This document shows, one piece after another, positions 24,515 to 37,670 of a stretch of 64,000 bases of DNA (positions are counted from its first letter, which is position 1; the number at the start of each line of letters is the position of its first letter). Position numbers and translations under genes: made by a program. This stretch comes from Octopus bimaculoides (taxonomy: Eukaryota): positions 91,327,360-91,391,359 of the forward strand of contig NC_068986.1 of NCBI RefSeq assembly GCF_001194135.2. The letters run 5' to 3'. The notes below the pieces were generated by a model. That model worked only from the letters and a program-made list of their open reading frames with translations. It was not told where the DNA came from and ran no database searches.

Positions 24515-25718
24515 GTTCAGATGAGCAAATCAACCCTAGCACTTAATTTTTAAGTCTGGTATTTTTTTTAGTGGTGTCTTTTGCTGAATTGGTACGGGGA
24601 CATAAACAAACCGACACCAGTTGTGAAGCAGTGGTGGGGCACACATACATAGATACATATGCACACATGCACTCACAAATATATATAACAGGCTTCCACA
24701 CAGTTTCCACCTACCAAGTTCATTCACAAGGCACTTTTTGTCCCAGGGCTATAGTAGAAGAAACTTACCCAAGGTGAATGATTAATTGAAACTATGTGAA
24801 TAAATAAATATTTAATTTGACAGAGTAATCTGAATGCTGAAGGGTTATATAGGAAATCTCTATGTGGGTACTCATCCTGCTAGAAATACCAGCCAAATGT
24901 TTTCATTTATCTCTATGCACCAAGCTGCTGTTGATTAGAAAACTCACAGCAGTAAGTGATTTCAACATCACAAACTCAGTCCCTTTATTGTCCATCACCA
25001 TCATCACTCCATGGGTTCCAACACCAATGCAAAACTATCTCCATATCCAACAACATTGCCATAAAAAGACATCACCATCAAAATGAGTTGGTTGAGCCTT
25101 TATGTAGTTGATGGACCTGCTAGAAATAACAGCCAAATCTATATCTGAAATTACCCCTTTCCCACCATCTGGATTCTCTGTACATAGGTTAAAGATGGAA
25201 TGGGCACATGAGGAATGGCTGTGCAGGGAATCTCTTTTGTCAAAGGAATGCTCAACCAAAAATAGAGCTGGGGACTAAACAACATCAAACCTCATGAAAG
25301 TACCCCCACAAAAACAAACAAAAAAAACACAATCTCACCCCAAGCATTCCTCACCCCCTCAAAAAGCACCACTGTCATCACTACTTCCAAAACCGCCGCT
25401 GCCACTGCCGCCAGNNNNNNNNNNNNNNNNNNNNNNNNNNNNNNNNNNNNNNNNNNNNNNNNNNNNNNNNNNNNNNNNNNNNNNNNNNNNNNNNNNNNNN
25501 NNNNNNNNNNNNNNNNNNNNNNNNNNNNNNNNNNNNNNNNNNNNNNNNNNNNNNNNNNNNNNNNNNNNNNNNNNNNNNNNNNNNNNNNNNNNNNNNNNNN
25601 NNNNNNNNNNNNNNNNNNNNNNNNNNNNNNNNNNNNNNNNNNNNCACACACACACACACTCACTCACACACACACTCACTCACACACTCACACACACACA
25701 CACACACACTCATTCACA

Positions 25719-25756
<38 letters not shown>

Positions 25757-25904
25757 CACACATGCACAGTTTACTTTGGTATTTTCACAAAAACAAAATA
25801 TTGCATGTAGAGTCGCATGCTTTGAAATGTGTATGTATGTTGTCACCATCATCATCATCGTCAATGCCATCATCATCACCGTCGTTGTCGTCATCATCGT
25901 CATC

Positions 25905-25938
<34 letters not shown>

Positions 25939-25969
25939 TCATCACCACCACCACCACCATCAAATTCCA

Positions 25970-26138
25970 TTCTTGGAGTGATTGGCATTAGGAAGTGCAT
26001 CCAGCTGTAGAAACCTTGCCAGAACAGATTGGATCCTGGTGCAGCCTCCCAGCATGCCAGTCCTCAATCAAACCGTCCAACCCATGCCAGCATGGAAAGC
26101 GGATGTTAAACGATGATGACAATGATGATGATGATGAA
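25970..26138 (+). mobile_element. RTE 3' tail
   Basis: GGAGTGATTGGCATTAGGAAGTGCATCCAGC...(GAT)n. Confidence 0.8.
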
Positions 26139-26142
26139 GATT

Positions 26143-26415
26143 ATAGTCCAGGCAAGGTTGTTTATGGAAGACCAGCAGTTGCCCATGCATACCAGCCTCC
26201 CCTCTCCACACCACTGATGTTATCCAAGGGAAAGGCAAAGGCTGATACAGCTTGGCACCAATGACATCGCAACTCATTTCTACAGCTGAGTGAACTGGAG
26301 CAACGTGAAATAAAGTGTCTTGCTCAAGAACACAGCACACAGCCCAGTCTGGGAATTGAACTCACTATCTCATGATTGCGAGCCCAATGCTCTAATCACT
26401 GAGCCATGCACATTC
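26143..26415 (-). mobile_element. SINE family C, 5' part
   Basis: Matches the head-side portion of 19654-20002. Confidence 0.8.
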
Positions 26416-26460
26416 ACATTCATTTATATGCCATGGGAACAGGTAACTGACCTTATAATC

Positions 26461-26665
26461 TTTTCTACTCTAGGCACAAGGCCTGAAATTTTTGGGGCAG
26501 GGGCCAGTTGATTAGATTGACCCCAGTACACAACTGGTACTTAATTTATTGACCCCGAAAGGATGAAAGGCAAAGTCGACCTCAACAGAATTTGAACTCA
26601 GAACGTAAAGACAGATGAAATACCGCTAAGTATTTTGCCCGGTGTGCTAACATTTCTGCCAACTC
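26461..26665 (-). mobile_element. SINE family E, well preserved
   Basis: Reverse complement of the family E consensus with CpGs retained. Confidence 0.8.
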
Positions 26666-27650
26666 AAAACAGTTATGTCCAGGAGTTACTTTTACCTTTA
26701 ACACCTCACAAGTGGTCCATGGGCAGCTTCAACAGAATCCATTCCGTTACAAGCGTTTGGACCAAGTCCTTCATTTGGTCTGAGTTACAAATTTTGTCTT
26801 CCCTTTATTCCACCAGGCACAGAGGTTCTGCAAAATGTGTCATAGGCACATGAAAATAATAGAAATGAACAAGTAATGTCCAAATACTTCTCATATGGAT
26901 ATGGAACCAATGATAGCATCGTGTCTCAAGTATGTGGTAAGTGGGAGTAAAATTGTTCAAGAGCTTAATGATTTAATTGGTAAACTAGAAGAAACCCCCT
27001 TCACCTCTTGCGGAAATTTTGTAAGTAGTTATAGTTATTTTGTCGACCCCCTAGAAAGACAAAAGGTAATGTTTACCTTGGCATGATTCAAATTCAGAAT
27101 ATAAAGATATATTATAATAAGGAATTATGTCTGGCACAGATTCCACCATAACAACAACAGCAACAACAACAACAACAACAATGGTAATAAATGATGACTT
27201 GAAAAAAATTAAAAAAAGAGGGGATAATGACAAAACTATCATTGTTTTATATGATAACTAAAAACGTTTGTAGAGTTGGTTTGTTTCACAGAAAGAAGGA
27301 AAAATAGTGAAAACAAGATAATCACAAAAAAGAAAAATAGAAAAAAAAACACTGTGAAGAGTAAATAAATAAAAATGCAGTGAACAAACTGAATATGACA
27401 CCAAGATATTTGCTGCAATCAATAAATGGATTTTTTCATGCTCCCATGTTGTTGTTGTAGTTGTTGTTGTTTTTGTAAAAGTAACGGCAGCAGCAACGGT
27501 GGCAGTGGTGATGGTGGTGGTGCTTACAGTATGTTTTGTTTTTGTTTTGCCATTCCGAATGCATGGAATCAAATATCGATACAAAAAAAAGCAAACATCA
27601 GATCAGATAAAATATGGGTTTGGTGGAGAAGGGAGGAGGAGGAGGAGGAG

Positions 27651-27698
<48 letters not shown>

Positions 27699-28724
27699 AG
27701 GGGGAGAAAAGAGGAGGGAGAGGAAAGATATAATTAAAAGAGGGAGAGAGAAAAAAGGAGAGAGACTGTGTATGAGAGACAGAAAGAAGAGGATGAGAGT
27801 TGACCAACAGAAGAGACTTGACTCCCTCTCTCATCTTATTTTCTCCTTCTCTTCACGCTCTTTCTTTCTCAACACTTTTCATCTCCAATTTTCTCAACTT
27901 CTATTCTCACCATTTTATTCCATANNNNNNNNNNNNNNNNNNNNNNNNNNNNNNNNNNNNNNNNNNNNNNNNNNNNNNNNNNNNNNNNNNNNNNNNNNNN
28001 NNNNNNNNNNNNNNNNNNNNNNNNNNNNNNNNNNNNNNNNNNNNNNNNNNNNNNNNNNNNNNNNNNNNNNNNNNNNNNNNNNNNNNNNNNNNNNNNNNNN
28101 NNNNNNNNNNNNNNNNNNNNNNNNNNNNNNNNNNNNNNNNNNNNNNNNNNNNNNNNNNNNNNNNNNNNNNNNNNNNNNNNNNNNNNNNNNNNNNNNNNNN
28201 NNNNNNNNNNNNNNNNNNNNNNNNNNNNNNNNNNNNNNNNNNNNNNNNNNNNNNNNNNNNNNNNNNNNNNNNNNNNNNNNNNNNNNNNNNNNNNNNNNNN
28301 NNNNNNNNNNNNNNNNNNNNNNNNNNNNNNNNNNNNNNNNNNNNNNNNNNNNNNNNNNNNNNNNNNNNNNNNNNNNNNNNNNNNNNNNNNNNNNNNNNNN
28401 NNNNNNNNNNNNNNNNNNNNNNNNNNNNNNNNNNNNNNNNNNNNNNNNNNNNNNNNNNNNNNNNNNNNNNNNNNNNNNNNNNNNNNNNNNNNNNNNNNNN
28501 NNNNNNNNNNNNNNNNNNNNNNNNNNNNNNNNNNNNNNNNNNNNNNNNNNNNNNNNNNNNNNNNNNNNNNNNNNNNNNNNNNNNNNNNNNNNNNNNNNNN
28601 NNNNNNNNNNNNNNNNNNNNNNNNNNNNNNNNNNNNNNNNNNNNNNNNNNNNNNNNNNNNNNNNNNNNNNNNNNNNNNNNNNNNNNNNNNNNNNNNNNNN
28701 NNTATATATATATATATATGTTTA

Positions 28725-29090
28725 GGTGCAGGCGTAGCTGTGTGGTAAGAAGCTTGCTTCCCAACCACATGATTCTGGGTTCAGTCCTACTGCGTGGCAC
28801 CTTGGACAAGTGTCTTCTACTATAACCTAGGGCCGATCAAAGTCTTGTGAGTGGAAACTGAAAGGAGCCTGTTGTATATATATATATATATGTATGTATT
28901 TATGTGTGTGTGTCTGTGTTTGGCCCCTTACCATTGATTGACAACCGATGTTCCTATAACTTAGTGGTTCAACAAAAGAGACTGATAGTTTACAAAGAAT
29001 AAGTCCTGGGGTCAATTTCTTCAACTAAAACCCTTAAGGCAGTGATTCAGCATGGCCACAATCAAATGACTGAAACAAGTAAAAGAATAT
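28725..29090 (+). mobile_element. SINE family A
   Basis: Head GGCGTAGCTGTGTGGTAAGAAGC through tail GACTGAAACAAGTAAAAGA. Confidence 0.85.
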
Positions 29091-29598
29091 ATATATATAT
29101 ATATCTATAATATTTTATAATAGTTTGACTCAACTCCATAATGTATTGACATATATATTCTTTTATTCGTTTACTTGTTTCAGTCATCTGACTGCAGCCA
29201 TGCTGGAGCATCACCTTGAAAATAAAAGCACTATGTATTACATTTTATAATACTTTAACTCAACTCCATAAGACATACTTTCATAGGCCCAGAGGATGAA
29301 CCTATCTCATCTGGTATCTAGGAGAGTAAAGGGATTTGAGACAAGTTCAAGATGGCTTCTAGATGTTAGACCTTTATTGGCTGGCTTAGATCACATGGAC
29401 CAATAACACCATCTGACTTCAGTTGACCAATAGAGGCCTAACATCTATTAGGTTGTCAAGAAAGTTTTTGCGATTTTTAACCTTTAAATTCAGAGACACA
29501 TATGGAACCCTTGATGATTTTTAACCTTTAAATTCAGATGCACATATGGAACCCTTGACGTCGTAAGCAACGGAGTGCCAACAACAAAGCTTTGGTAT

Positions 29599-30356
29599 AG
29601 GGCTTTCCTATAAGGTGTTATCCACCCCTGATTGGAACTCTCCCGTGTGACATGTACGCATGCTCAGTGACTTGCTTTAACAGTTGCAATCAGCTGAATG
29701 CACATTGCCAGTGACATTTGACATAATTACCCACACTCTGTGGTCAGGATTCTTTTTTTGCTTTGATGTCGGTATCGAAGGGATTACCAGACACCGGACA
29801 ATACAGTGAGAGCAGCTTTCACTCACATCGTGGTATTCGATGCTGTGTATGTGTCTGTCGTGGTAAAATATGCCACTCCTTAATTGTTGCTTTGCTTTCA
29901 TCCATAGCACGAGGTAATTATGTCNNNNNNNNNNNNNNNNNNNNNNNNNNNNNNNNNNNNNNNNNNNNNNNNNNNNNNNNNNNNNNNNNNNNNNNNNNNN
30001 NNNNNNNNNNNNNNNNNNNNNNNNNNNNNNNNNNNNNNNNNNNNNNNNNNNNNNNNNNNNNNNNNNNNNNNNNNNNNNNNNNNNNNNNNNNNNNNNNNCT
30101 TCATCAACAGAAATTTTATTCCTTTCAACCTTTCAGTCAAGTCCGCCTTTCTTCCAGTAACATAGTGTCCATATAATCTTAAATATTTCTTTAACTCAGG
30201 CACAGTAAGTACTTCGATAGCTGAATCATCAAGCTGCTTTATATCCATGATAAGACGTAAAACAATAACAATGGCGTGGGTTAGTCTCCGGAAGTTTAAT
30301 TATCTACATGGAGCGCCGCCTAGCCAAGGGCGATAACCTACTTATAGGAAAGCCCT
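29599..30356 (-). mobile_element. non-autonomous DNA transposon (ISL2EU/PIF-Harbinger-like) carrying a SAP + truncated SWIM-like ORF
   Basis: Perfect 16-bp TIRs AGGGCTTTCCTATAAG (29599-29614 / 30341-30356) flanked by AT on both sides, with an internal minus-strand ORF. Confidence 0.75.
29677..30248 (-). pseudogene. SAP-domain + SWIM-like zinc-finger N-terminal fragment (transposon accessory protein)
   Basis: LTVPELKKYLRLYGHYVTGRKADLTERL is a canonical SAP pattern. After the gap: ..VIPS..DHRVWVIMSNVTGNVHSADCNC*, a SWIM-like CxC with its distal CxH missing. Confidence 0.7.
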
Positions 30357-30364
30357 ATAGTTCC

Positions 30365-30838
30365 TATGGCTGGACGCCCTTCCTAACGCCAACTACTTTA
30401 CAGTGTACTGGTGCTTTGCTCATGCTACTTGTAAGCCTAAGAAACTCGAATGGAGGGGCTTTATGCTAGCATAAGAGGGTTAAGGTATGAGGGAAAGAGC
30501 AGGTTCTTGCTGTAGGGGAGCTACAGAACCACTCACATTTAAGAGATAGTGAGAAATGATACAATAGTAGCTACAAAGGGACTAGTGGTGATAAGGGGTC
30601 CAGGAGGCACCTTCAAGTGACTAGTAGTGAGTGGGGACAAAGAAACTAGGAGTGTGAGTAGGTGAGAGTTTCCAAGAGTGTATGAGGGGACAGGAGATGG
30701 GGGAAACGGAGGAGGGAGGTAGGCAATGTGTGCAAAGGTTGGGCAAGGTTGAAGTGTGGATACAGGGGTAGGGATAAGCAATGGTGCATGAACTTGGGGG
30801 TTAGAGGAATGCAAGAAGAGAGAAGTAACAGGATAGCA

Positions 30839-30902
<64 letters not shown>

Positions 30903-31010
30903 GCATAGTGCATGAGAATAGAATTTGGTGGTCTAGTGGTGGAGATAGAGGAGATCAGTGTGGATGTAGAGAACAATATTAATGGATGAAAGATAGCTAA
31001 CAAATGAAAA
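30365..31010 (-). mobile_element. RTE 3' UTR fragment
   Basis: GGACGCCCTTCCTAACGCCAAC followed by a purine-rich body with (GA)n, similar to 37400-38050. Confidence 0.6.
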
Positions 31011-31685
31011 TGGTTCTGGATAGCAAGAAAAAAAATGTGGTATCAGGAGGGGGGGAGCTACGGTGAGAGAGATGGAAGGGGAATGTGAGGAGGGAGACAG
31101 GGGTGGTGGTGGGGAGATATTTATTTATAATAATTTGATGATATAGTCTATAAAAGTAGTCAGGCTGTAATCCATACAAGCATGGATAAATGGACATAAA
31201 ATGGTGATGACGATGGTGGCAGTGGTGGAAGTAATTTGATGATGATGAAGATGATGGTAATTGTGATGATGATAATTATGGTGGTGGTGGTGGTGATAGT
31301 GGTGGTGATAATGCTGATGGTGATAATGATGAAACCATTTTAAAATATAGTACTTGTAATAACAATATAAACAATGATGATGACTGATTAAATTTTATTT
31401 ATAGTACTATAGATTTGAGTTAGGTAGAAGTGGTGGTAACTTGTGGTATCTAACAAACATTAATTGATTGGATATCTCCTCTTTACACACATGAATGACA
31501 TGGGGCTATTTTTAACATGGTGGCTGGAGGTAGGTATACGGAAGTGGGTTTTATATGTCATCAAATACACAAAAATTTTTATGAAGTAAAAATAGTTTTG
31601 ACATATTTTTCAATCCATGAATAATATAAAGAGAATAATATTAATAATCAAATTATTAGTATTATTAGAGGATAAAATATAAATG

Positions 31686-31860
31686 AAAGCACAGGCATGG
31701 CTGTGTAGTAAGACGTTTACTTCCTAACCACATGATTCCAGGTTCAGTTCCACTGTGTGACACCTTGGGCAAGTGTCTTCTACTTTAGCCTCAGGCTGAC
31801 CAAAGCCTTGTGAGTGAATTTGGTAGACAGAAACTGAAAGAAACCCATCATATATATATA
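31686..31860 (+). mobile_element. SINE family A, 5' half
   Basis: GGCATGGCTGTGTAGTAAG...GACACCTTGGGCAAGTGTC. Confidence 0.8.
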
Positions 31861-33534
31861 TAGAGTCATCCCATAAATAATGCAGTTCTTTTACTCTTTT
31901 ACTTGTTTCAGTCATTTGACTGCGGCCATGCTGGAGCACCGCCTTTAGTTGAGCAAATCAACCCCAGGACTTATTCTTTGGAAGCCTAGTACTTATTCTA
32001 TCAATCTCTTTTGCCAAACCGCTAAGTTACGGGGACATAAACACACCAGCATCGGTTGTCAAGCGATGTTGGGGAGACAAACACAGACACACAAACACAT
32101 ACACACACATACATATACATATATATACACATATACGACGGGCTTCTTTCAGTTTCTGTCTACCAAATCCACTCACAAGGCTTTGGTTGGCCTGAGGCTA
32201 TAGTAGAAGACACTTGCCCAAGGTGCCACGCAGTGGGACTGAACCCACAACCATGTGGTTGGTAAGCAAGCTACTTACCACACTTACCACACAGCCACTC
32301 ATACTTCTTTTATTTTTCAAAACAAAATTCTTTTTTAATCTAAAATATACTCTCCTTCATTTTCTTCAATGCTCTTCCATCTATCTGGTACACTTGCAAG
32401 GCCCCTCTTCCAAAATTCATTTGTCCATGATGAAAAATACTCCTCCACTACTGTTCTGACCTTGTCTACAGAATTCATTTTTTTTTCCCTCCAAATGATT
32501 TTAAAGACTGTAGAATAAATGATAATCAGATGGGAGCAATGTCCAGCGAGTATGGTGGGTGAGGCATTGTTTTCCATTGAAACTGCTCCAGCCTTTGGAA
32601 TGTCATCCTCACTATGTGGCCAAGCATTATCCTGATGGAAGAACACCTTTCATCTTGAAACCAAAGATGGTCGTTTTTCTTATAGTGCTGACTTAAGCTG
32701 CTCACTGTAGATCTCCTTTGTTATCGTTTGGTTTGGGTTTAAAAGTTCAAAGTAGACTAAACCTTTCATATCCCACCAAGCAGATAACAACAACTTATGT
32801 GGGTGAAGACCTTCTTTAGCCTGAGGTGCAAGTGTTTCTCCTTTCCCTACCCACTGTCTTTAGCACTTGATAGTTTTATAGAGAACCCATTTCTCTTCAC
32901 CACTCACTATTCAGTCCAAAAATGGTTAATTCGTGAGACATGATAACAAAGAAGAGCACACATTCACACCCTGCATGCGATTAGACTCTTAAAGTTTGTG
33001 AGCAACTCACTGACCCAATTTGCTGACTTTTCTGATGGCACACAGGTGTCGATGAATGGTTCGATGACCAAATTCAAGCTTCTCTGCAAGTTCCTCAACA
33101 GTTACAATGGAATTTTGTTCTACCAGGGTTTGCAGGATGTCCTCATCGAGCTCTACAGATCTTTCAGGACGAGGCTAATTTTCTAGGCTGTAGGTTCCGG
33201 GTCAGAATTTCTGGAACCACTGCTGACACTGGCTTAGGCTTATTGTCCGATCCCCATATACTGCATTAATATTCCTTGCACTTTCCATTGCGTTGTTGCC
33301 TTTATTGAACCCATAAAGCAAAATATACCAAATATGCTTCTTTGTCACTTCCATTACAGCTTTGAAAAAAATAACTGTTAAAATCAAACTGTACTCTTCA
33401 AAATTTGCACTAAGAATAAGGACAAGGTAAAATTACTACCTGCTTTTATAGCAAGTTGATGCAGGTAGTTTATCCCATTCCCCTCCAACTTTTAGTTCAT
33501 GCAATTGAAAAAACCACATTACTTATGGTATGAC

Positions 33535-33538
<4 letters not shown>
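31861..33538 (-). mobile_element. mariner (D,D34D-type) transposon, near full length, inactivated
   Basis: ~30-bp TIRs at both ends, each flanked by TA. Transposase pieces: MEVTKKHIW..LLYGFNKG (33387), GQ*VAHKL (WVPHEL-like), DNAWPH, PYSLDIAPSDYHLF, and ..RWKSIEENEGEYILD* (32335). Confidence 0.9.
31889..32300 (-). mobile_element. SINE family A inserted just inside the mariner TIR
   Basis: Full-length copy matching 16025-16438. Confidence 0.9.
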
Positions 33539-33599
<61 letters not shown>

Positions 33600-33604
<5 letters not shown>

Positions 33605-33865
33605 TATACACATACACACACACACACATACATATATCTCTGTGTGCATGTGTGTGAGTGTGTGCCTTTGTGCCTGTGTTTGTTCCCCACTATTGTCTGA
33701 CAACAAGTGTTGGTGCATTTACATCCCTGTAACATAGTGGTTCAGCGAAAGAAACTAATAGAATAAGTACCAGTTTTTAAAAAATTAGTACTGGGGTCAA
33801 TTCATTCAAGGTCTTGCCCCAGCATGGCCACAGTCTAACGACTGAAACAAGTAAAAGGATAACAG
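33600..33865 (+). mobile_element. SINE family A, 3' half
   Basis: TGTTTGTTCCCC...GAATAAGTACC...GACTGAAACAAGTAAAAG. Confidence 0.75.
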
Positions 33866-35039
33866 AATGAAGAATACCCATTTACATGCAATCACACAAT
33901 CACATAATTCTCTCTCTCTCTCTCCTTTTCTCTCTCCCTCCCCTCTCTTTCTCTCTCTCCTTTTCTCTCTCCCCTCTCTCTTTCTCTTTCTCTCTCTCTT
34001 TTTGTCTCTCTCTCTCTCTCTTTTTCTCTCGTACACACGCTAAATGAAACAAAGCAAAAATCCATCATCCCTCAAAAATGGATACATCACACCTTAAAAA
34101 GAAGTAAAAGAAACACAGAAAATATCAGAAAATACATCAACAAAAGACATTACAAAACATCAAGAACCCAAATCCTGTCACCCTCCCCTTCTCCAACAAA
34201 ACAAAGTATGGAACACCAAAAGAGATTAAAAAAAAAGCAACAAAACAAAACAAGAAGAAACATCCATAATGATAACACAACGATGCTGTTAATTCTTCTG
34301 GCAGTGTTCCAGTCCAGTTGGCAGATGTGATTCTAATATTCTCTGCTCTATTTCTGATGCTCTGCCAGAGAGGATCGAAGCCCAGCTAACACTGGAACTG
34401 CGTTGTTCCAGAGGATATGGTTTCTCATGAATTACTGTGATTTTCTACACTCAACAGCTTCCTACACAGCTCTATTAATCACTGTCCAATTGATGGAATT
34501 GATTTCCTTTCCATAATTTAATCTCTCTCTCTCTCTCCTTCTCTCTCTCTCTTTTGCTCTCTCCCTCCTCTCTCTTCTTCTGCTCAGTCTCATTCTTTCC
34601 ATGTATTTATTTATCTATCAATATCTATATCAATTTATCTTCCTATCATTTATATCATCATCATCATTATTTATATTGTTGTTATGGGTACTTTACTTAA
34701 AAATGCTTTCATCACCATCACCATCATCATCACCATCATCACCACCATCACCACCACCATTAGCATCACTATCATCACCATTTTATGTCCATTTATCCAT
34801 GCTTGTATGGATTGGAGCCTGACCACTTTTTATAGACTATGTCATCAAATTATCATAAATAAATGCTTGTGTCATACTGACCACATAGAAATGAATTTTC
34901 GTTATTGAAAAATAACATTAAAAATAAAACTCTAGATTCTAGATGGTTACGAGAGAAGAAAACCCTGTCTATATTATTATGATAATTATGATCTGGATTT
35001 TTAAGCTGTAAGCAATCAAATCTTAAAAAGAAAATATCA

Positions 35040-35273
35040 TTGTTTTTTTTTTAACATCTAATTTTCCATGCTTGCATGGTCGGATGGAATTTGTTGAGGT
35101 GGATTTTTTTATGGCTGAATGCTCTTCTTGTCGCCAACCTTCACTTGTTTCCAAGGAAGGTAATAATCTCTCATGGCCAGACATGTTTTCACAGAAAATT
35201 GGAAGCAAAGGACATCACTTGCACGATGGTGACACCTGTTTACAACTATTATACAATGTCAAGGCAAGGAGAC

Positions 35274-35300
<27 letters not shown>
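35040..35300 (-). mobile_element. RTE-tail-related repeat (variant family)
   Basis: TTTTCCATGCTTGCATGG...GGCCAGACATGTTTTC. Related copies at about 57285-57500 and 58000-58250. Confidence 0.65.
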
Positions 35301-35309
<9 letters not shown>

Positions 35310-35399
35310 ATAGGTAATGATGCATCCTATATTACTAAGTTGGCAATGAAAGGTAGCTGGCCAGATGGATTCTTGGAACTTTCAGACCAAGGGAGCAGG

Positions 35400-35985
35400 A
35401 AACAGTGATAGTCCTCTGGAGGACATTTATCTTACACCATTTTGCTCCCAACTATGGTCACCATATACTATAAAATTAATAGCAGAACTCAAGACAGTCC
35501 AACAAAGTTTCACAAAGAAGATAGACTCAGTGCAACAGATTAGCTGCTGGGAAAGACTCAAGTGGTTAAGACTTCTACTACTTGGAATGATGGCAGGAAA
35601 GATGTACTGCAAGATACATCTAGAAGAACTTTGAAGGACTTGTTCCAAACTTTAGCATTGAAAGTTATACAAATATCAGAACAGGGCACCATTGCATAGT
35701 GCCAAAGACTCCACTTTTGCCATCCAAATGCAGGACAAGACATTGCAATAACTTGGAATTCAAGGGTTTACAACTCTTTAATATCCTTCTGAAGGGCCTG
35801 AGAGACCAAACTTCTCTTGGGATCTTCTCCAATCAAGAGTCCCAGAGAAACCAACTTTATAGCAAGAAGCACATATGAGGGCAACAGCATCAGACTGCCA
35901 CATTCATTAATGTCAACTATTAAAGAAGGATTAACGAAGGTATAGTAATACCAACTGGCAATACTCCAGCATTCTAGTAAAATGT
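35400..35985 (+). pseudogene. CR1/L2-type LINE 3' fragment
   Basis: FCSQLWSP..LKTVQQSFTKKI...ISCWERLKWLRL..EGLVPNF..FKGLQLFNIL matches CR1-group post-RT motifs (YCSQLWSP, SY.ERLK.L.L). Frameshifted. Confidence 0.8.
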
Positions 35986-36829
35986 ATATGTATATGATGG
36001 GTTTCTTTCAGTTTCTGCCCACCAAATCCATTCTCAAGGCTTTGGTTGGCCCAGAGCTATAGTACGAAAATATAGGAGCAATTTTTGATAAGTTTACCTA
36101 TAGCACATATTCTTCTTTGTATGTGGTCAATACAAGAAAATACCAAAAACATAATTGTCAAACAAAAACACACGAACCAGAGTTTATATGGAATTGAAAA
36201 ATTACATAAGCCTGTTAGTGACATAATTAAAAGTAAGTATTTTATTATTTCAGCTGTAGTTTATTAATAACAATATCAGTTAGCTTAATTAATGATAGCT
36301 AATACTATCTAACTTTATGAAATTAATTACAGAAATCAAATTAACAACATTAGTAAAAATATGTAACTATAATTACTTACAACTCTTAACTAAAGAACAG
36401 AAGTAAAATAAATCAGTCATCACTTGCCTATGTCTGTATTTAAATGGTTTGCTGTCAGAAAGAATAATGAATTTAGAGAATAAAGAACAATATTAAAAAG
36501 ATTAAAATGTATATCATATCTAAGCCAACAAACCATTTCAATATTATTAAGATAAATGTACAGTCTTAGATTTAATTCAATCATACAGAGAGCAATAAAT
36601 AAAACAAAACAAAAACAAAAATGATGTAAAACAAAAAAGTACTGTTACAAATACACTACAAAAGAAACAAAAGTTTTAAGGAATCTATACAGGCGACTGT
36701 GATTAATTATGCAAATACTTTAAAGTTTGCAACATTTAAATCAAACAAGCGTATATTCTACTGAGTTTAACAACAGTCAGATTATAGGAGATAGATTGTT
36801 AAGAAACTAAAAGATATATCCCTGAAATA

Positions 36830-37205
36830 TATTCTTTTATTCTTTTACTTGTTTCAGTCATTTGACTGTGGCCATGCTGGAGCACTGCCTTTAGTCGAAC
36901 AAATCGACCCCAGGACTTATTCTTTGTAAGCCTAGTACTTATTNNNNNNNNNNNNNNNNNNNNNNNNNNNNNNNNNNNNNNNNNNNNNNNNNNNNNNNNN
37001 NNNNNNNNNNNNNNNNNNNNNNNATATATATATATATATATATACAATGGGCTTCTTTCAGTTTCCATCTACCAAATCCACTCACAAGGCTTTGGTCGGC
37101 CCAAGGCTATAGTAGAAGACACTTGCCCAAGGTGCCACGCAATAGGACTGAACCCAGAACCATGTGGTTGGTTAGCAAGCTACTTACCACACAGCCACTC
37201 CTGCA
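36830..37205 (-). mobile_element. SINE family A spanning a gap
   Basis: Tail and head are present on either side of the N gap. Confidence 0.85.
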
Positions 37206-37212
37206 CACTTAT

Positions 37213-37615
37213 ATCATCATCATATCATCATCTGCTTCCCATGCTGGCATGGGTTGGATGGTTTGACAGGAGCTGGCTAGGCAGAAGACTGCACCATATT
37301 TTGCTGTCTGTTCTGGCATGGTATTTATGGCTTCTTAACACCAACCACTCAGCAGAATAGACTGAGTGCTTTTTATGTGGCACCAGCACATGCGAGGTCA
37401 GTTTTAGCAAGGTTTTTACAGCTGGATGCCCTTCCAGAAGCCAACCACTTTACAGTGTGGACTGGATGCTTTTTAAGTGGCACCAGCACTGACAGGGTCA
37501 CCAAGTAACATGCCAGATAAGGATCCTTTGAGAGGGGAGGAGGCATTGGAGGTGATCTTGTGCTAAATGGTGTAAGGTTAGAGAGTGGCAGACAGACAGA
37601 AACAGGTATCTTGCT

Positions 37616-37670
<55 letters not shown>

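Noticed and set aside
26696-26827. 132-nt segment with good minus-strand acceptor and donor
   Set aside because: Stops in all three frames; at most a non-coding exon, with no supporting evidence.
34270-34500. Complex unique sequence with short open frames on both strands
   Set aside because: No convincing splice sites and no recognisable domain.
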